Shown here in pieces: positions 7,671 to 15,544 of a DNA stretch of 21,639 nt (position 1 is its first letter; every line of letters starts with the position of its first letter). Origin of the DNA: Bdellovibrionales bacterium (GTDB lineage: Bacteria > Bdellovibrionota > Bdellovibrionia > Bdellovibrionales > UBA1609). The position numbers were made by a program, and so were the translations under genes. Under the pieces are notes generated by a model. The model did no database searches, had not been told where the DNA came from, and was given only the letters and a program-made list of their open reading frames with translations. The DNA lies in contig JBFWVI010000030.1 in the NCBI GenBank assembly GCA_050246815.1, positions 1 through 21,639 of the forward strand. The letters are read 5' to 3'.

Positions 7671-10279
7671 TGGAAAGTAACCGTCTAGGAATTAGCGTTA
7701 AGGGTGCCCGCGAACACAATTTAAAATCAATCGATGTGTTTGTTCCGAGGGGTAAAATCACAGTTGTCACAGGATTAAGTGGCAGTGGTAAATCTTCGCT
7801 CGCGTTTGACACTATTTACGCTGAAGGTCAGCGCCGTTATGTGGAAAGCCTTTCTTCTTATGCTCGCGGTTTCATCGAGCAAATGAAGAAGCCCGATGTG
7901 GATTCAATCACAGGTTTGGCGCCTGCCATCGCCATCGATCAAAAATCGATCAGCCATAACCCACGCTCGACCGTTGGCACAGTTTCCGAAGTTTATGATT
8001 ATTTGCGTTTGCTGATGGCCCGTATTGGTGTTCCAGAATGCCCTGTTCATCATATTCCGGTGGCGGCACAAAGCCCAAATCAGATTGCTTCGGATATCCT
8101 TTCGCAAAAAAAAGGAGCCAAGTTTTTGCTTTTGGCGCCTGTTTTTCGCGACAAAAAAGGTGAATTCCAGGCTGAGTTTGAAAAATGGGCACGTAAGGGT
8201 TTTACTAAGGCCAAAGTGGATGGTCAGTGGATCGAGCTGGCCAAGGCGACCAAGCTGAGTCGTCATCGGGCGCACGATATTGATTTGTTGATTGATCGTT
8301 TGGTGGTGGACACATCTCACGAGCCGCGTTTAAAGCAAAGTTTGAATTTGGCGCTGTCTTTGGCTCAAGGCCAAGCGGCCGTGGAATGGGTGGGCGGCGA
8401 GACCAAAATGTATTCGATGCACATGGCCTGCCCCGCATGTGGATTTAGTTTTCCTGAAATTGAGCCCCGCTTTTTTAGTTTCAACAATCCACGTGGGGCA
8501 TGTCCAACGTGCCATGGCCTTGGCACTCAAGATATCGAAGAAATTGAGCAAGAAACCTTGAGTAACACAGGCGATGGTTGGCGTACATCAAAGACCACCA
8601 CTTGGCGGGTGAACAATCCAAAAGCCGTGCACGAGGGCGATGAGGACACTGAAATTGATGAGCGTGCCTTAAGGGTGTGCCCAGATTGCCAGGGTACACG
8701 TTTAAAGCCCGAGGCCCTGAATGTGAAAGTGGCCGGACAAAATATTGCCGAACTTTCCCATTTGGCCATTGATGATATCTTGCAGTTTTGCCGTGGCTTG
8801 AAGTTAAGCGAGCGCCAAACTTTAATCGGTGGAAAAATTTTAGAGCAAATCACATCACGTCTCAGCTATTTGCAAAGAGTAGGTGCCGGCTATTTGAGTT
8901 TAGATCGGCCGACGCGAACCCTTTCTGGTGGTGAGGCTCAGCGGATTCGTTTGGCTTCGCAAGTGGGATCCGCCTTGGTGGGAGTGCTCTATGTTTTAGA
9001 TGAGCCCAGTATCGGACTGCATCCGCGGGATCATCATCGTTTGCTTGAGATCTTAAAAGAAATTCGTGATTTGGGAAATACGGTTTTAATGGTCGAACAC
9101 GATGAAGAGACCATTCGTGAAGCCGATCACCTGATTGATCTGGGGCCTCGTGCCGGTCGGCTGGGTGGTGATTTGATCGCGGCAGGTTCGCCTGAAGAGT
9201 TGGCAAAAAATCCGCAAAGTTTGACCGGCAATTATCTGTCGGGTCGTACTAAAATCGAAGTGCCGGTGAGTCGACGCAAGGGCCATGGCCGTTTTTTGCA
9301 AATCAAAGGGGCTACGGGCAACAATTTGCGCAATGTGGATTTAAAGATTCCACTTGGCACCCTGACGGGGGTGACTGGTGTTTCGGGCAGTGGAAAATCC
9401 ACCTTGATCATCGACACCCTTTACCGCTTGCTGGCGCGCCATTTTTATAAGTCGAGCCTGGTAGCGGCTCCTTATGTCGGTGTGGAGGGTTTGGAGTCGA
9501 TCGACAAAGTGATCGAAATCAATCAAAAGCCGATTGGCCGCACGCCCAGGTCCGTTCCGGCAACTTATGTGGGCCTGCTGCCTTTGATTCGCGATCTTTA
9601 TGCCAGTATGCCCGAAGCTAAAATTCGTGGTTTTGGCCCAGGCCACTTTAGTTTCAACGTCAAAGGAGGGCGCTGCGAAACTTGCCAGGGTGGAGGCGCC
9701 ATTCGTGTGGCGATGCATTTTTTGGCCGATGTCTTTGTTCCATGTGAAGTTTGCCAGGGCAATCGCTATACGCGTGAAATTCAAAATGTAAAGTTTCGCG
9801 ATAAATCCATCGCCGATGTTTTGAAAATGACCGTCGAAGAGGCTTTGGAGTTTTTTAAGAACCATCGCCAAATTCATCGTCGCCTTGAAACATTGCATCG
9901 GGTGGGCTTGGACTATATGACGCTTGGGCAAAGTTCGACCACGCTTTCGGGTGGAGAAGCGCAGCGTGTGAAGCTTTCACGAGAGTTGGCGAAGCGCGGA
10001 ACGGGTAAAACATTGTACATTCTGGATGAGCCCACCACGGGGCTTCACTTTGACGATATTAAAAAGCTGCTCGATTTACTGCAGGAACTGGTGGATCAGG
10101 GCAATACGGTGGTGGTGATCGAACATCAGCTGGATGTGGTCAAAGCCTGTGATCATGTGATTGACTTAGGTCCTGAGGGCGGAAAAGGTGGCGGCCAAAT
10201 TGTCGCCGAGGGCACTCCGGAACAAGTGGCCAAAGTGTCTCAAAGCGAGACAGGACGTTTTTTAAGGCCGCTGCTCTAA
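7670..10279 (+). CDS. uvrA: Excinuclease ABC subunit A
   Basis: GAREHNLK, two Walker A motifs (GLSGSGKS, GVSGSGKS), two LSGGEAQR signatures, LDEP Walker B motifs and Zn-finger CxxC pairs. ATG 7670 overlaps the fur stop (TAATG). Confidence 0.98.
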   Translation: MESNRLGISVKGAREHNLKSIDVFVPRGKITVVTGLSGSGKSSLAFDTIYAEGQRRYVESLSSYARGFIEQMKKPDVDSITGLAPAIAIDQKSISHNPRSTVGTVSEVYDYLRLLMARIGVPECPVHHIPVAAQSPNQIASDILSQKKGAKFLLLAPVFRDKKGEFQAEFEKWARKGFTKAKVDGQWIELAKATKLSRHRAHDIDLLIDRLVVDTSHEPRLKQSLNLALSLAQGQAAVEWVGGETKMYSMHMACPACGFSFPEIEPRFFSFNNPRGACPTCHGLGTQDIEEIEQETLSNTGDGWRTSKTTTWRVNNPKAVHEGDEDTEIDERALRVCPDCQGTRLKPEALNVKVAGQNIAELSHLAIDDILQFCRGLKLSERQTLIGGKILEQITSRLSYLQRVGAGYLSLDRPTRTLSGGEAQRIRLASQVGSALVGVLYVLDEPSIGLHPRDHHRLLEILKEIRDLGNTVLMVEHDEETIREADHLIDLGPRAGRLGGDLIAAGSPEELAKNPQSLTGNYLSGRTKIEVPVSRRKGHGRFLQIKGATGNNLRNVDLKIPLGTLTGVTGVSGSGKSTLIIDTLYRLLARHFYKSSLVAAPYVGVEGLESIDKVIEINQKPIGRTPRSVPATYVGLLPLIRDLYASMPEAKIRGFGPGHFSFNVKGGRCETCQGGGAIRVAMHFLADVFVPCEVCQGNRYTREIQNVKFRDKSIADVLKMTVEEALEFFKNHRQIHRRLETLHRVGLDYMTLGQSSTTLSGGEAQRVKLSRELAKRGTGKTLYILDEPTTGLHFDDIKKLLDLLQELVDQGNTVVVIEHQLDVVKACDHVIDLGPEGGKGGGQIVAEGTPEQVAKVSQSETGRFLRPLL

Positions 10280-10345
10280 AACCCCACTGGGCCAAGATCA
10301 AATAAATTTTATGTCTATTTTTACAGCTCTTTTGCCTTTGGGCGG

Positions 10346-10373
10346 TGCAGAAACCGAGCGAAATCACCGATAT
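10346..10373 (+). promoter_or_regulatory. Possible sigma28 (FliA)-type promoter for the HD-GYP gene
   Basis: ACCGATAT (10366-10373) resembles the GCCGATAA -10. The -35 match (TGCAG, 10346-10350) is weak. Confidence 0.3.
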
Positions 10374-10415
10374 ATAAGTGTGTGAGTGGGATGGACCGCG
10401 GAAGGAGGGTATTTC

Positions 10416-11069
10416 GTGGCGTGGGATGATATTCCCGAATGGGCGACACAAATCGCCAATTCGATTTTGTTAACCGTGAAGGAAAAAGATCCGCACACGT
10501 TTTACCATTGCTGTCGCGTCGGACGAGGTGCTCGTCAGTTGGCCAAAGCCGCTGGGTTGAATGAATTTGAACAAGCTGTTCTTGAATATTCAGGTTTGTT
10601 CCATGATGTCGGTAAAGTTGGTATTCCGGATAATATTTTATTAAAACCCGGACGTCTTGATCGTGAAGAAATTGAAGTGATGAAAGCACATCCCATAAAA
10701 AGTGCGGCCATTATCGATCCATTGACCCACAATCCCTTTTTTCGTTTTATGCTTCCTGGTGTTCGCTATCACCACGAAAAAATCGATGGCACCGGTTATC
10801 CGTTTGGACTGGTGGGTGATCGGATTCCTTTAAGCGCGCGGCTAGTGGCTGTGGTCGACACCTATGATGCCATGACTAATGTTCGTCCTTACCGTAAGCC
10901 TCTGCCCAAAGACAAAGTCATTCAAGAGCTAAAAGATTTCTCGGGTCGTCAGTTCGACGCTCAATTGGTGAAGGTATTTTTAGAGCTCTTGCCACACATC
11001 GAAAGGCAAGACCCCGATAAGACCTCTCAAGAAGAAATGGTCGTTGCGAGCATTCTGAAAGCGGCTTGA
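10416..11069 (+). CDS. Stand-alone HD-GYP cyclic-dinucleotide phosphodiesterase
   Basis: KDPHTFYH, LFHDVGKVGIPD.IL.KPG.L, HHEKIDGTGYP, VVDTYDAMT..RPYR, GRQFD. Start GTG 10416 lies 6 nt after a GGAGGG SD. Confidence 0.93.
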   Translation: MAWDDIPEWATQIANSILLTVKEKDPHTFYHCCRVGRGARQLAKAAGLNEFEQAVLEYSGLFHDVGKVGIPDNILLKPGRLDREEIEVMKAHPIKSAAIIDPLTHNPFFRFMLPGVRYHHEKIDGTGYPFGLVGDRIPLSARLVAVVDTYDAMTNVRPYRKPLPKDKVIQELKDFSGRQFDAQLVKVFLELLPHIERQDPDKTSQEEMVVASILKAA

Positions 11070-11079
11070 ACCACAATCT

Positions 11080-11976
11080 TTAGTTTGTTAGAAACTCCGC
11101 AACTGACTTAATATCCACTGCACAGTGGGGGCCATAAAGCGGAACCCAATCCAACTGGAATTTGTTCTGTAGAGCCCTTACACTAAGTGCTTCGGTCCCT
11201 TCGTAATTGCCAAATTTATCGTACAGACCGCAACTCAGGTAAAGGGCTGGTGCATTTTCAGGTACCATATTTTGAATCATCTGGTGGGGAGCATGGGCGA
11301 GCCATTCGTCTTTATCGGCATAAAACATTTTGGCAAGCATCAAGACGTTTTTAATTTCTGCCGGGTCTGCCCCCGTTCGATCAATAAAGTCTTGTAGATC
11401 TTTTTCTGAATCAAAAGGCGTTCCTAGGTAGACCGGCGGACATAGTGCGGCGATTTTTTTAAAAAGTTCAGGGTGTTTCAGGCCCAAAACCAAGGTATTG
11501 ATTCCACCCATAGATTCGCCAAAAAGAAGACGACGAACTGGTTTTCCAAGCCGCAGCTCGACGGTGGGAATAACTTCATTTGTGAAGATGTCAGCTAGGC
11601 CGCTAGCAGGCTGCTTGCCCTTTGTGTTCAGCAGCCAAACGGGGCCAAATGAAATCGAGACCACCGTGGGCGGACTTATTTTTCGCTGCTGCCAATATTG
11701 TTGAATTTGTGCTGTGTAAAAGGTGTCGTCGTTCCAGTTGTCTTCGGTTTGACCGCGGCCGTGCAGCAAATAAGCAATGTCGCCGTTGGAGGAACCTTCT
11801 TTTGGCGTATGCACGCAGTACTTCCAGGCGCGTGGTCTCGACACGCTGAAACACTCTTTGTTGGCAGGGGTGTATTTGACTTTTTGCCCAGCCGAAGAGA
11901 TAGGCTGTGCCCAAGACAAATAAGAAGCTGTACTAGTTAAACAAAAAATTAAAATAATAAGAGCCTTGATTTTCAT
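11080..11976 (-). CDS. Secreted alpha/beta-hydrolase (putative esterase family)
   Basis: Signal peptide (MKIKALIILIFCLTSTASYLSWA), YLLHGRG, GESMGG nucleophile elbow, CGLYD acid, GPH catalytic His. ATG abuts the hemB stop, with SD GAGGGG inside the end of hemB. Confidence 0.88.
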   Translation of the reverse strand: MKIKALIILIFCLTSTASYLSWAQPISSAGQKVKYTPANKECFSVSRPRAWKYCVHTPKEGSSNGDIAYLLHGRGQTEDNWNDDTFYTAQIQQYWQQRKISPPTVVSISFGPVWLLNTKGKQPASGLADIFTNEVIPTVELRLGKPVRRLLFGESMGGINTLVLGLKHPELFKKIAALCPPVYLGTPFDSEKDLQDFIDRTGADPAEIKNVLMLAKMFYADKDEWLAHAPHQMIQNMVPENAPALYLSCGLYDKFGNYEGTEALSVRALQNKFQLDWVPLYGPHCAVDIKSVAEFLTN

Positions 11977-12960
11977 TTACCCCTCTTCATTCAACCATTT
12001 GGCTGCGTCAACCGCATGATAGGTTAAAACCATATCGGCGCCGGCCCGTTTGAAACTCAATAAAATTTCTAGTACTGCGGCTTTTTCGTTCAGCCAACCA
12101 TTTTGTGCGGCAGCTTTGACCATGGCGTATTCACCACTCACATTATAGGCCGCGATTGGCACCGGAAAGCGGCGTTTAAGTTCCCAAACGATATCCAAGT
12201 AGGATAGGCCAGGCTTGACCATTAAAATATCGGCCCCTTCTTGGTAATCGAGCTTCGCTTCTAGGATGGCCTCGCGACGGTTGCCGGGGTCCATTTGGTA
12301 GGTGCGTTTGTCGCCAAAGGCCAATTTATTTTGAAGTGCATCGCGAAAGGGGCCATAAAAGGCGGAGGCGTATTTGGCTGTGTAGGCCATAATACCGGTT
12401 TCAGTGTGACCTGCATTATCCAAGGCCGTGCGTATGGCGGCGACGCGGCCGTCCATCATATCGCTAGGGGCAACCATGTCGACTCCCGACTGCGCCTGCA
12501 GCACAGCCATTTGGGCCAAAACTTCCACGGTTTCATCATTCAGAATTTTTTCGCCTTTGATCAATCCGTCATGGCCATGGCTGGTGTAGGGGTCTAGGGC
12601 CACGTCGCTGATCAAACATAAATCAGGGAAGGCCTCTTTTAATTTTTTAGCTGCACGCGCACTTAAATTGTTGGCGTTCAAGGCCTCGCTGCCACGATCA
12701 TTTTTTTTATTTGGTTCAACTTTTGGGAATAACGCTAAACTCTTGATGCCTAAGGCCCGGGCAGACCTCACTTCTTTTTCCAGTATATCTAGGGACAAGC
12801 GAAAAACGCCTGGCAAGGACTCGATTTTTTCTCTTTGATTTTGTCCCTCGCAGACAAAGACGGGCCAGATCAGAGCGCTGGGTGTGAGGCTGTTTTCGCG
12901 CACAAGATCGCGTAGTGCCACGGTTTGACGATTGCGGCGAGGGCGTCGTTTTAGCTTCAT
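11977..12960 (-). CDS. hemB: Porphobilinogen synthase (delta-aminolevulinic acid dehydratase), Asp-rich non-Zn type
   Basis: RPRRNR start, APSDMMDGRV, AKYASAFYGPFRDA, YQMDP, MVKPG, AYNVSGEYAM. Start ATG 12960 overlaps the maf stop (ATGA). Confidence 0.97.
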   Translation of the reverse strand: MKLKRRPRRNRQTVALRDLVRENSLTPSALIWPVFVCEGQNQREKIESLPGVFRLSLDILEKEVRSARALGIKSLALFPKVEPNKKNDRGSEALNANNLSARAAKKLKEAFPDLCLISDVALDPYTSHGHDGLIKGEKILNDETVEVLAQMAVLQAQSGVDMVAPSDMMDGRVAAIRTALDNAGHTETGIMAYTAKYASAFYGPFRDALQNKLAFGDKRTYQMDPGNRREAILEAKLDYQEGADILMVKPGLSYLDIVWELKRRFPVPIAAYNVSGEYAMVKAAAQNGWLNEKAAVLEILLSFKRAGADMVLTYHAVDAAKWLNEEG

Positions 12961-13559
12961 GGCTCGCGTCCTTTCCAGGCAAATGGTAATGGCAGTTGCC
13001 ACTCCCTTAAAATTTGAGTCAACGCGATGAGGGGCAGTCCCACAATTGAGCTGGTGTCCGAGCAATCCATTTTTTCAATCAGGCTCACGCCCGCTTTTTC
13101 CCATTTGTAGGCCCCCGCACAATCAAGGGGTTGATCTAGGTCCACATAGGTTTCAATTTCTTTTTGGCTAAGTTGTCGAAACTTGAGGCGGGCAATAACC
13201 GTGGCGGTTTTGACTCCAAGTTTAGGGTGATACATCCAAAGGGCGGTGATCAATTCGTGGGTTTGCCCCTGCATTTGCATTAGAATTTCGACGGCTCGTG
13301 TGGATGTGCCTGGCTTGGATAATATTTGCCCATTCAAGTGGGCCACTTGGTCGGAAGCGATAATCAAAGCTTCGGGACGAAGTTTTTGCACGGTCTCACC
13401 TTTTAGGGCGGCCAATTTTTCAGCTACGATTTGAGGGGGGAATCCAAGCTTTTTTAAAGGGGCTTCGTCCACTTGGGCCACCTGCACTTCAAAGGGCAGA
13501 TGGATCTGTTTCAACAGGGATTGGCGATAGGCTGAGGCGCTGGCTAAAACCACATGCAT
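12957..13559 (-). CDS. Maf-family nucleoside triphosphate pyrophosphatase, YceF-like (m7GTP) subtype
   Basis: VLASASAYRQ, VDE, IASDQV, KP, CAGAYKWE, IVGLP. An aromatic residue before the Arg, DQ (not DT) and CAG..K.E (not KAG.Y.IQ) indicate YceF rather than YhdE type. Confidence 0.88.
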   Translation of the reverse strand: MHVVLASASAYRQSLLKQIHLPFEVQVAQVDEAPLKKLGFPPQIVAEKLAALKGETVQKLRPEALIIASDQVAHLNGQILSKPGTSTRAVEILMQMQGQTHELITALWMYHPKLGVKTATVIARLKFRQLSQKEIETYVDLDQPLDCAGAYKWEKAGVSLIEKMDCSDTSSIVGLPLIALTQILREWQLPLPFAWKGREP

Positions 13560-13565
13560 GGCGCA

Positions 13566-13627
13566 AATTTCCACCCAAAGCCAAGCCGTGTCAAAGGCTT
13601 GCTATTTGTTACGGAGCACGTCACCAT
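13566..13627. promoter_or_regulatory. Back-to-back divergent sigma70-type promoters for maf and lgt
   Basis: Minus: TTGACA (13594-13589)-N17-GAAATT (13571-13566)-N6-ATG. Plus: TTGCTA (13599-13604)-N17-CACCAT (13622-13627)-N7-ATG 13635. Confidence 0.5.
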
Positions 13628-13634
13628 GCGGTTC

Positions 13635-14744
13635 ATGGCCACTTATGTGCATGATCTGGATCCTTTTGCGATCCAATTTTCGAAAGCTTTGGAAATTGGT
13701 CCTCTTCACCTAGACGGAATTCGCTGGTATGGGCTGGCGTATCTGGCTGGTTTTTTATGTACGTACCTTGCCATTCGTTACATGGCCAAACAACAAACTA
13801 CGCCAATGAAAGTGGATGAGGTCGCCGACTTTATTACCATGGGCGCGGTAGGGGTGATGGCGGGTGGACGTTTAGGCTATTGTCTATTTTATTCTCCTCA
13901 ACTTTTGATCGACTTCAGTCTCACACCTCCATTTTGGGGAGTCTTGAAGGTGTACGAGGGTGGCATGTCTAGCCACGGCGGGATCTTGGGTGTGATTTTA
14001 GTGTGTTTATGGTGGGCCAGGTCACGCAAGGTCGATGCATTTCACATTTTTGATTTGGTGGCACTTGGTGGGGGCATAGGCTTCTTTTTTGGACGCATCG
14101 CCAACTTTATAAATGGTGAGTTGTGGGGGCGTGAGGCGCCGGCTGGCTTAAGTTGGGCGGTCAAATTTCCACAAGAGATGTATGGTTGGACCCGCGACAA
14201 TTTGATGAAGTTAATGGAAATTGCGCCGGCTGTGAATGCGTTGGGTTCGGTGACCAATTCCAAAGGTGAAACGATCTCTTTAAACGCGGATCTATGGCGC
14301 AGTTGGGTGCAAAATTACCGCACCGATGTGCAGTCTTGGAATATGGTCAATGAAGTGGTTGAAAAGCTGATCGTGGCCACGCAAACCGGTCAAATGCAGG
14401 TGATTCAAGCGCTGGAGCCATTCTTGACAGCGCGCTACCCATCGCAACTGATTCAATCGTTTTTGGAAGGATTTTTGGTTTTTGCTGTGCTGGCGATCTT
14501 GTGGTTAAAGCCGCGAAAACCCGGTGTCATAGGCGCTGGATTTGGTATTGGCTATGCGGTGGCCCGAATCATTGGTGAACAATTTCGCATGCCGGATGCG
14601 CAGATTGGCTTTCAATGGTTAGGGCTGACCCGTGGGCAATGGCTGAGCATTTTGATGCTGGCTTTTGTGGTCGTTTACACGGTTTACATTCTGAAGCGCT
14701 CCTCTAAGCCTATGGGTGGCTGGAAGGCGCAAATCAAATCTTAA
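13635..14744 (+). CDS. lgt: Prolipoprotein diacylglyceryl transferase
   Basis: IRWYGL, GGRLGY, GGMSSHGG, GRIANFINGELWGR, PSQL, ARIIGEQFR.PD, GQWLS. Alternative start ATG at 13626. Confidence 0.96.
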   Translation: MATYVHDLDPFAIQFSKALEIGPLHLDGIRWYGLAYLAGFLCTYLAIRYMAKQQTTPMKVDEVADFITMGAVGVMAGGRLGYCLFYSPQLLIDFSLTPPFWGVLKVYEGGMSSHGGILGVILVCLWWARSRKVDAFHIFDLVALGGGIGFFFGRIANFINGELWGREAPAGLSWAVKFPQEMYGWTRDNLMKLMEIAPAVNALGSVTNSKGETISLNADLWRSWVQNYRTDVQSWNMVNEVVEKLIVATQTGQMQVIQALEPFLTARYPSQLIQSFLEGFLVFAVLAILWLKPRKPGVIGAGFGIGYAVARIIGEQFRMPDAQIGFQWLGLTRGQWLSILMLAFVVVYTVYILKRSSKPMGGWKAQIKS

Positions 14745-14816
14745 TCTGCGCCTGGTCCAACTTTTGTAGCTATTCGCGTTGGCCCGCTGAGGGGCTGTTT
14801 TCGCGAGGTTGGACGT

Positions 14817-15515
14817 ATGAAGAATGCCAAATTTGGGCTTACGCTGGTGATTTTTTCAATCGTGGTGACCGCTTGTGGTTCAAGTAAAACCATGAAGGGC
14901 AATCAAACATCGGCTAAAAATGAATCGGCCAAGACAACAGAAAAAAAGGTGGAATCGGGCGCAGTCACTTGCGACACAGTCAAAGATCAGACCGTTAAGC
15001 CAGGCATTCCCACCGCGGTTATGAGTTTAAAGGTTAAAGAAAAGGCACAAAGCATGATCATGACTCTTTGCACGGGTGAGCAGGTGCGCTACAGCGTGAT
15101 TTCGGATCTCGACTTTGTGATTGATCGTAAAAATCAAAGTGATGCCGATATGATTGAGGTACACAATCGCACCACTTGCTCCAGTATGAATCGTTCAGTG
15201 AAAGCAGATCAAATCGCGGCACAGGCAATTGGGGCGCAGGCCTCGGCCCCACTCAATGAATTTCGTTCCATACGTGTTTTGCCGCTGGGGAATAAGCAGT
15301 TGGACTCATATGAGCTGCTGTCTTTAGATCCGGGCCGCCCCAACTATCTTGATGTACAGTTTAAAAAATGCCAGGAGTGGCAACCAACGGATGGTGCCGC
15401 AAAATGCGCAAAATCTGAAGTGGTGGAAGAGCAGACTGTCATCGTGTCGATTGATTTTAACGGTCAGCACCATCGGGGTCACCGCCTTGAAAATCAAGGC
15501 GGCTGTATTCAATAG
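14817..15515 (+). CDS. Uncharacterised lipoprotein
   Basis: Signal peptide II with lipobox VTA-C (Cys20) followed by a Ser/Thr/Lys-rich tether. GAGG SD upstream. Six further Cys. No recognisable family. Confidence 0.8.
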   Translation: MKNAKFGLTLVIFSIVVTACGSSKTMKGNQTSAKNESAKTTEKKVESGAVTCDTVKDQTVKPGIPTAVMSLKVKEKAQSMIMTLCTGEQVRYSVISDLDFVIDRKNQSDADMIEVHNRTTCSSMNRSVKADQIAAQAIGAQASAPLNEFRSIRVLPLGNKQLDSYELLSLDPGRPNYLDVQFKKCQEWQPTDGAAKCAKSEVVEEQTVIVSIDFNGQHHRGHRLENQGGCIQ

Positions 15516-15544
15516 TGAAAAGCATCTTAGCCTTTCGCTATTTT
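15511..15544. terminator. Imperfect hairpin between the convergent lipoprotein and nrdB genes (possible bidirectional terminator)
   Basis: AATAGTGAAAAGC-ATCTTA-GCCTTTCGCTATT stem, followed by a short T-run on the plus strand. Confidence 0.4.

Noticed and set aside
9341..9931. 196-aa minus-strand ORF and the other short ORFs nested in uvrA, asmA, nrdA, hemB and the OMP gene
   Set aside because: Shadow ORFs opposite or within well-conserved genes, with no SD or motif support.
12961..13065. Longer ORF-track starts for hemB (13065), uvrA (7640), lgt (13554), maf (13574), folE2 (6119) and HD-GYP (10386)
   Set aside because: The extensions overlap neighbouring genes or promoters. Family N-termini, stop/start overlaps and SD positions support the shorter starts.
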